From: Minisyncoccota bacterium | Lineage (GTDB): Bacteria > Patescibacteriota > Minisyncoccia > Phycocordibacterales > JAACPR01 | NCBI GenBank assembly: GCA_041674225.1 | Contig: JBAYWG010000002.1 | Coordinates: 34,841-98,840, forward strand | Reading direction: 5' to 3' | Length of the DNA stretch: 64,000 nt | Shown: positions 58,072 to 64,000 of the stretch, piece after piece | Layout of the letters: the number at the start of each line of letters is the position of its first letter | Position numbering within the stretch: position 1 is the stretch's first letter | The notes under the pieces: generated by a model | Told to the model about the DNA's origin: nothing | What the model saw: only the letters and a program-made list of their open reading frames with translations | Database searches by the model: none | Translations under genes and position numbers: made by a program

Positions 58072-59785
58072 CAATATAAGAATAAAAGTAGTTTTTGGCT
58101 GCGTTTTATTTGTAGCTTTTGTTTTGATTTTTAGATTGTATAGTTTGCAAATAATAAATGGCCAAGAATACATGGACGCGGCCGAGAAGAAATATGTTAC
58201 AAAAGTTCCGAACGTTTTTAACAGAGGAAGTATTTCTTTTACAACTAAAGACGGCGAAAAAATTGATGCGGCGACTATCCAAACTGGCTACACTGTTTCT
58301 TTTAATCCGAGTCTGATCACAGAACCTGCTGATGTTTATAACAAACTTTCTTTTGTTTTGGATGTGGATGCTGAAACTTTCACTGAAAGATTTGAGAGAC
58401 CAGATTCTCGTTATGCTGAAGTAGAAAAAAAATTAGATCAAGAAACTGCTGACAAAATTTTAGATTTAAAAATTAAAGGAGTTGGAATCAATAAAGAACG
58501 ATGGCGATTTTATCCTGGTAAAAATTTGGCATCAAATGTAATCGGATTCATGGGTTGGAAAGATGAAATTTATAAAGGTCAGTATGGATTAGAGAGACAA
58601 TATGAAGATCTTTTGAATAGAAATAAAGAAGATAACTATGAAAACTTTTTCGTGGAGATTTTTTCTGGAATAGGAGATGCTTTCAAAGGACGTGATTCTG
58701 ATGGTTCAATTGTGACAACTATCGAACCAACTGTACAATCTTTTGTTGAAGAAGAACTTCAAGAAACTCAGGCTAAATGGAATTCTAAAACAGTGGGTGC
58801 AATTGTGATGGATCCTTACACAGGTGAAATTATTTCAATGGCTAGCTATCCGACTTTTGATTTAAATAATTTCCGTGAAGTAGATGATGTTTCAATTTTT
58901 AATAATCCAATGGTGGAAGATGTTTATGAAATGGGTTCTATTGTAAAACCACTTACAATGGCAATTGGTTTGGAAACAAAAGCCGTCACAGCAAAAACTC
59001 AATACGAAGACACTGGAAGTTTGACCTTGAATGGTTTTACTATTCGTAACTATGACAAAAAAGCTAGAGGTGTAGTGACCATGCAAGACGTTTTAAATAA
59101 GTCTTTGAACACAGGAGTTGCTTTTGTTGTGAATAAGGTTGGTAATCAGATATTCGTAGATTATTTGAAAAAATTAGTCGCTGAAAAAACAGGAATTGAT
59201 TTACCAAACGAAGCACACCCTTTGATTGAAAACTTAAAAAACAATCGAGACATTGAATATGTTTCTGCATCTTATGGTCAAGGTATTGCTGTGAGTCCTA
59301 TTTCAATCACTAGAGCACTGGCAACACTTGGTAATGGGGGATTTCTTGTGACACCACATTTAGTAAAAGAAATAAAATATGAAAGTGGTCTGACTAAAAA
59401 AGTTTCTCCAGAAGTTGGTGAAAGAATTTTTTCTCAAGGTACATCAGAAGAAATTTCTAGAATGTTGACCAATGTTGTGGATGAAGCTTTGGCTGGTGGG
59501 GAAGTTGCTTTACCAAATCATTCGATCGCTGCCAAAACTGGAACCGCGCAAATAGCAGTAAAAGGTGGACGAGGGTATTACGATGATCGATTTTTACACT
59601 CATTTTTTGGGTACTTTCCGTCATTTAACCCTAGATTTATAGTGTTTATTTATCACACAGAGCCTACAGGAGCCGACTATTCTTCACAAACACTGACAGA
59701 ACCCTTTATGGACATTACGAAGTTTTTGATTAATTATTATGAGATTCCGCCCGACCGACAATTAAATGATAAAGGAAATATTTAA
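58058..59785 (+). CDS. ftsI: Cell-division transpeptidase PBP3
   Basis: RG.I, YE.GS..K, SLN.G, KTGTAQ; dcw context. Confidence 0.9.
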   Translation: MSKDNNIRIKVVFGCVLFVAFVLIFRLYSLQIINGQEYMDAAEKKYVTKVPNVFNRGSISFTTKDGEKIDAATIQTGYTVSFNPSLITEPADVYNKLSFVLDVDAETFTERFERPDSRYAEVEKKLDQETADKILDLKIKGVGINKERWRFYPGKNLASNVIGFMGWKDEIYKGQYGLERQYEDLLNRNKEDNYENFFVEIFSGIGDAFKGRDSDGSIVTTIEPTVQSFVEEELQETQAKWNSKTVGAIVMDPYTGEIISMASYPTFDLNNFREVDDVSIFNNPMVEDVYEMGSIVKPLTMAIGLETKAVTAKTQYEDTGSLTLNGFTIRNYDKKARGVVTMQDVLNKSLNTGVAFVVNKVGNQIFVDYLKKLVAEKTGIDLPNEAHPLIENLKNNRDIEYVSASYGQGIAVSPISITRALATLGNGGFLVTPHLVKEIKYESGLTKKVSPEVGERIFSQGTSEEISRMLTNVVDEALAGGEVALPNHSIAAKTGTAQIAVKGGRGYYDDRFLHSFFGYFPSFNPRFIVFIYHTEPTGADYSSQTLTEPFMDITKFLINYYEIPPDRQLNDKGNI

Positions 59786-61070
59786 AAAAATCATAATAGC
59801 TATACTGACACTAGAATCTAAAGCTGTTTTATTTAGATTTAAACCAAAGATAATAGCTATCACAGGTAATGTTGGAAAAACTTCTACAAAGGATGCAATC
59901 TTTACAGCTTTGTCGAACAATTTAAAAATTCGAAAGAATCAAAAAAGTTTCAATAGTGAAATTGGAACACCACTGACAATTCTAGGATTAGAAAATGCAT
60001 GGAACGATCCTTTCCTTTGGATAAAAAATATTTTTATTGGGGCATGTGTTCCTTTTAAAAATAAATATCCAGAATGGTTAGTATTAGAAGTTGGAGTTGA
60101 TAGACCTGGAGATATTCCAAGAGTTGCAAAGTGGTTGAAGCCTAATGTTGTAGTGATAACATCTCTTCCAAAAATTCCTGTGCATGTAGAATATTTTTCT
60201 TCACCTGACGCTGTGATAAAAGAAAAGCTTTCCCTTATAAATTTTTTAAAGAAAGATGGAACTTTGATTTTGAATGCTGACGATCCTTTAGTTTTTGCTG
60301 CAAAAGAAAAATTTGATGGAAATGTTTTAACTTACGGAAGCGATTCTACCGCTACCGTTTCTTATTCAAACAAAAATATTATTTATATGGAAAACGATGG
60401 GGTGCAATTGCCTGCAGGTATTTCTTTTAAAATATCACACTCCGGAAACTCTGTGCCAATGTCATTGCCGAAAGTGTTGGGAGTACAGCATATTCTGCCC
60501 GTGGTAGCTTCGATTGCCGTAGGGATTTCGCAAAATGTTCCTTTTTTGGATATGGTGAATTCTTTTGCAAAATTTGACCCGCCAAAAGGAAGGATGAATC
60601 TTATTTTAGGAAAAAATAATAGTATTGTAATAGATGATACTTATAACGCTGCACCTCTTGCTATGCAAAAAGCTGTAGAAGTTTTAGCAGAAATAGAAAC
60701 TAATGGGAATAAAATTGCTGTATTGGGAGATATGTTGGAGATTGGTCAGTATTCTGCGTCAGAACATAAAAAAATTGGCGAGCAAGTAGAAAAATCAAAA
60801 ATAAATTTATTAATTACTGTCGGCATTAGAGCACGATCGATCGCTGAATCTGCGATTGAGTCTGGTATGGATCAAAATTCAGTTTATCATTTTAAAGATT
60901 TTAAAGATGTTTCAACTTTAGTTTTGAGTAATTTGAAACCGTCGACAGTGGTTTTGGTAAAAGGATCTCAAGGTATCCGTTTAGAAAAAGTGGTAGAAGA
61001 TTTAATTTCAGAAGATTTAAATAAAACAGATTTATTGGTGCGTCAAGAAAAAGATTGGAAGAATAGGTAA
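59766..61070 (+). CDS. murF: UDP-MurNAc-tripeptide--D-Ala-D-Ala ligase
   Basis: ITG.VGKTSTK, N.EIG.PLT, DDTYNA, LGDMLE.G, LVKGS. Confidence 0.9.
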   Translation: MIKEIFKKIIIAILTLESKAVLFRFKPKIIAITGNVGKTSTKDAIFTALSNNLKIRKNQKSFNSEIGTPLTILGLENAWNDPFLWIKNIFIGACVPFKNKYPEWLVLEVGVDRPGDIPRVAKWLKPNVVVITSLPKIPVHVEYFSSPDAVIKEKLSLINFLKKDGTLILNADDPLVFAAKEKFDGNVLTYGSDSTATVSYSNKNIIYMENDGVQLPAGISFKISHSGNSVPMSLPKVLGVQHILPVVASIAVGISQNVPFLDMVNSFAKFDPPKGRMNLILGKNNSIVIDDTYNAAPLAMQKAVEVLAEIETNGNKIAVLGDMLEIGQYSASEHKKIGEQVEKSKINLLITVGIRARSIAESAIESGMDQNSVYHFKDFKDVSTLVLSNLKPSTVVLVKGSQGIRLEKVVEDLISEDLNKTDLLVRQEKDWKNR

Positions 61071-61116
61071 CCTTTTTGTTGGCTAAAATATTAACTATTG
61101 TGTATAATGAGCATCC

Positions 61117-61446
61117 GTGATTTTTTCATGGGAGTTTTTTATGAATACTGGCAACGCTGAAAACGATATAATCAGAATGGAAAAAGAGCGAGAGGGCTAT
61201 ATAACAAAGCTGTTTTGGTTTGCTTTGGAAATTGCGCTTATATTTTTGGTACCAGCGCTAATTGCAGTTTTTATTTCAATAGAATTTTGGGGGAAAAAGG
61301 CGGTGTGGTATGCACTGCCTTTTACTTTTGTTTTGTCTTGGGTAATAGTAGTGATCCGTTGGAGAAAAATAAATAAAATTTTAACAAAATTAGATAAAGA
61401 TATTTTGGAATTAAAGAAACAAAAACATTATGATCGGGATAATTAG
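61117..61446 (+). CDS. AtpZ/AtpI-like small membrane protein
   Basis: Two TM helices, first gene of the atp operon (alternative ATG at 61141). Confidence 0.6.
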   Translation: MIFSWEFFMNTGNAENDIIRMEKEREGYITKLFWFALEIALIFLVPALIAVFISIEFWGKKAVWYALPFTFVLSWVIVVIRWRKINKILTKLDKDILELKKQKHYDRDN

Positions 61447-62212
61447 AGACATCACACCAATAAAATCTGCAGAGGTTTTTTCTTTGTATGGTTTTACAAT
61501 TGCCAATTCAACACTATTTATAATGATGATTTCTGTAATTGTTTTATTGTTCGGAGTTTTAGTTGTTAGAAAATTTTCTTTAGAAAATCCAAGTCGATTG
61601 CAGGTTGCAACTGAATCAGTTTACCTTGGGGCTTTTGATTTAATTCAAAATATTATTAATGACGAGAACAAAACTAGAAAAGCTTTTCCTGTTATTGGAG
61701 CTCTAATGTTTTATTTAATAATTGCAAACATAATTGGACTTATTCCTGGATTAGAACAATTAACTTTAAATGGAGAAGGGGTTTTTCGTACACCAACATC
61801 AGATTTTAATACAACATTTGGAATTGCTTTGGCGGCGATTGTGATTGTGAACTTCATTTCATTAAAGGAAAAGGGAATTCTTTTATATCTAGAACAATTT
61901 TTTAAATTTGGCGCAGTTTGGAAAGGATTTAAAAAAAGTATTGGTGATGGATTTATGGCAATCATAGATTTCTGTATTGGATTACTAGATATTGTTGGTG
62001 AATTTACAAAAGTTATTTCTTTATCTCTTCGACTTTTTGGAAACATGTACGCTGGACAAGTCTTAGCTGTAATCATTATGGGATTTTTCGCTGTCATTGT
62101 GCCATCAATTTGGTTGGCAATGAATCTATTTGTAGGAGTTCTTCAAGCTGTAGTCTTCGCCTCATTGGTGGCCTCCTATTATATGTTGGCCACAATCGAG
62201 GCAGAAGAGTAA
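61430..62212 (+). CDS. atpB: ATP synthase F0 subunit a
   Basis: PT.D.N.T, SLSLRLFGNM.AG, LQA.VF. Confidence 0.96.
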   Translation: MIGIIRDITPIKSAEVFSLYGFTIANSTLFIMMISVIVLLFGVLVVRKFSLENPSRLQVATESVYLGAFDLIQNIINDENKTRKAFPVIGALMFYLIIANIIGLIPGLEQLTLNGEGVFRTPTSDFNTTFGIALAAIVIVNFISLKEKGILLYLEQFFKFGAVWKGFKKSIGDGFMAIIDFCIGLLDIVGEFTKVISLSLRLFGNMYAGQVLAVIIMGFFAVIVPSIWLAMNLFVGVLQAVVFASLVASYYMLATIEAEE

Positions 62213-62239
62213 TAGATAATTATTAATTTAAAAAATTTT

Positions 62240-62455
62240 ATGGATCCAGTATCAGCAGCATTAATCGCCAAAGGAATGACAACATTATCAATGTTTGGTT
62301 CAGCTATTGGCGAAGGTTACCTTATCGGAAAGGCGCTTGAGGCTATGGGAAGAAACCCAGAAGCTTCAGGAGTTTTGTTTACAAGAATGATTATCGGAGT
62401 GGCGCTTGCTGAATCAACAGCGATTTACGCTTTCGTTGCATTCTTCCTAATTTAA
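62240..62455 (+). CDS. atpE: ATP synthase F0 subunit c
   Basis: GRNPEA loop, AESTAIY. Confidence 0.96.
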   Translation: MDPVSAALIAKGMTTLSMFGSAIGEGYLIGKALEAMGRNPEASGVLFTRMIIGVALAESTAIYAFVAFFLI

Positions 62456-62458
62456 TTT

Positions 62459-62911
62459 ATGGAAGCAGGAATACTTACAAAAATAGGATTTGATTTAGAA
62501 GTTGCATTGGCAAACTTTGTAAACTTTTTAATTATTTTCTTATTATTCAAAATATTCTTGTTTAAACCGATTCAAAATCTTATAGACAAAAGACGAGAAG
62601 AAATTAAAAATGGATTAGCACAAGCTTCGCAAGCACAAATTTCTTTAAATTTAGCTGAGGAAGAATCAGAGAAATTAATAAAGGAAGCGAGATTAAAGGC
62701 TAACAGTATTTTGTCAGAAGCAAAAAGTCATGCAGACGATATTTCTGAAAAAGCAATTTTGGAAGGTAGAGCAAATGCTTTGAAAATTAAAGAAAGAGCA
62801 GAGCATGATATAGCTCAAGAAAAAGACAAGATGCGTCAGGACGTTGAAAAAGAAATGACGAGTTTAGTTTCTTCTTTGACTGAAAAAGTTGTAAGAGGAG
62901 AATCAAAATAA
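62459..62911 (+). CDS. atpF: ATP synthase F0 subunit b
   Basis: NF.I...L....FKPI.....R...I, then coiled coil. Confidence 0.93.
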   Translation: MEAGILTKIGFDLEVALANFVNFLIIFLLFKIFLFKPIQNLIDKRREEIKNGLAQASQAQISLNLAEEESEKLIKEARLKANSILSEAKSHADDISEKAILEGRANALKIKERAEHDIAQEKDKMRQDVEKEMTSLVSSLTEKVVRGESK

Positions 62912-62912
62912 T

Positions 62913-63269
62913 ATGAGTATTGGTAGAAAACTAGCAGAAAAAACTTCAGGAAAAAATTCTTTAAAATCAGAAATGGTTTTGGATAGTTTAAAAAAATATA
63001 ATTTAGAATCTATTTTGCCTAATTTCGGAAAAAGTTTTAAAAAAAATATTCAAAATGAAGAATTTTACAAAGTGTGTAGAATTTTCTCATCAGAAAAATT
63101 GAGCGATTCTGAAATTAATAATATAAAAGATAAATATAAAATCCCTGCAGATGTTGAAACTAGTACTCATTTAGACGAGAATATTTTAGGTGGAGTGGTG
63201 GTTTATTATCAAGGAAAAAAATGGAACGATAGTGTACGTGGTGCATTAAATCGTTTCAATGAAATGTAG
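62913..63269 (+). CDS. atpH: ATP synthase F1 delta subunit (short)
   Basis: S...L......I...D..ILGGV; position between atpF and atpA. Confidence 0.8.
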   Translation: MSIGRKLAEKTSGKNSLKSEMVLDSLKKYNLESILPNFGKSFKKNIQNEEFYKVCRIFSSEKLSDSEINNIKDKYKIPADVETSTHLDENILGGVVVYYQGKKWNDSVRGALNRFNEM

Positions 63270-63274
63270 AATTT

Positions 63275-64000
63275 ATGAGTGATTCATTAGTAAAAAGATT
63301 AGAACAAAAGATAGAAGCGCTTTCTATTGATACTGAATACAATGAAATTGGTAAGGTTGTCAGTATTTCTGATGGTATTGCTACAATTTCAGGATTGTTC
63401 AATTGTAAATCAATGGAACTTTTATCTTTTTCGAACGGACTACGCGGAATTGCTTTAAACTTAGAAGTTGATAGCGTCGGAGCTGTTATCTTGGGAGATT
63501 ATAAAAGTATTTCTGAAGGGGACGAAGTAAAAAGAACAAATCAAGTTTTGTCTGTACCTGTTTCAGATGAAATTTTGGGAAGAGTTGTGAATCCTTTAGC
63601 TGAAGCGATTGATGGAAAATCTGATTTAACAAAAGGAGAACCTCAATTATTGGAAAAAGTTTCACCGGGGGTAATCGAAAGGGAGTCAGTTTCTGTCCCA
63701 CTTCAAACTGGTATTAAAGTAATTGATGCTTTGGTTCCTATTGGACGTGGACAAAGACAATTGATTTTGGGAGATCGACAAACAGGAAAAACTACAATCG
63801 CTGTCGATACAATCATCAACCAAAAAGGAAAAGGAGTGAAATGCGTTTATGTTGCTGTTGGTCAAAAACAATCAAAAGTTATGCAACTTGTTCAACTTTT
63901 AGAAAAAGCTGGAGCAATGGAATACACAACGGTTGTTTTGGCTGGAGCATCTGATTCACCTTCATTTTTATATTTAGCGCCTTACACAGGAGTAACAATC
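63275..64000 (+). CDS. atpA: ATP synthase F1 alpha subunit (3'-truncated by the window; missing from the ORF track)
   Basis: MSDSLVKRLE...G.V.SISDGIA...LQTGIKVIDALVPIGRGQRQLILGDRQTGKT. Confidence 0.96.
   Translation, partial: MSDSLVKRLEQKIEALSIDTEYNEIGKVVSISDGIATISGLFNCKSMELLSFSNGLRGIALNLEVDSVGAVILGDYKSISEGDEVKRTNQVLSVPVSDEILGRVVNPLAEAIDGKSDLTKGEPQLLEKVSPGVIERESVSVPLQTGIKVIDALVPIGRGQRQLILGDRQTGKTTIAVDTIINQKGKGVKCVYVAVGQKQSKVMQLVQLLEKAGAMEYTTVVLAGASDSPSFLYLAPYTGVTI

Overview
AT-rich bacterial chromosomal DNA. Gene content and style point to a Patescibacteria/CPR (Parcubacteria-like) genome; this is inferred from Gmad2 proteins, a truncated holB-like gene, two mreB copies, bifunctional PGI/PMI, scarce Shine-Dalgarno motifs and many ORFans. 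Housekeeping blocks (gltX, zwf-pgi, eno-gpmI, fmt/def, priA, mreB, frr-rseP, proS, mreBCD-mrdA, greA-lysS, mraZ-rsmH-ftsL-ftsI-murF, atp operon) flank a ~14 kb accessory region (23.3-37.4 kb) that ends at a tRNA-Asn(GTT) gene. The main discovery is at 29.4-37.4 kb: a tRNA-anchored, integron-like array. Eleven copies of a 32-bp site (consensus TGCTCCGCGGACTTGGGCTAGTCCGAACCAGT) and two divergent sites of the same geometry separate 13 units, 12 with one gene and one with two. Each site starts with the TGCTCC core (or a decayed version) found at the tRNA 3' end. Each carries a (C/A)GAAC motif exactly 5 bp farther from the core than the tRNA does, matching the attP/attB offset known for large serine integrases. 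The sites decay with distance from the tRNA, and no recombinase gene is present in the window. Other points: an outer-membrane-type beta-barrel and a fatty-acid desaturase in a CPR-like genome, a Na+-type ATP synthase c subunit, pervasive leaderless-type promoters, a 140-bp MITE-like element and two candidate small RNAs. All calls are by eye; no searches were run.
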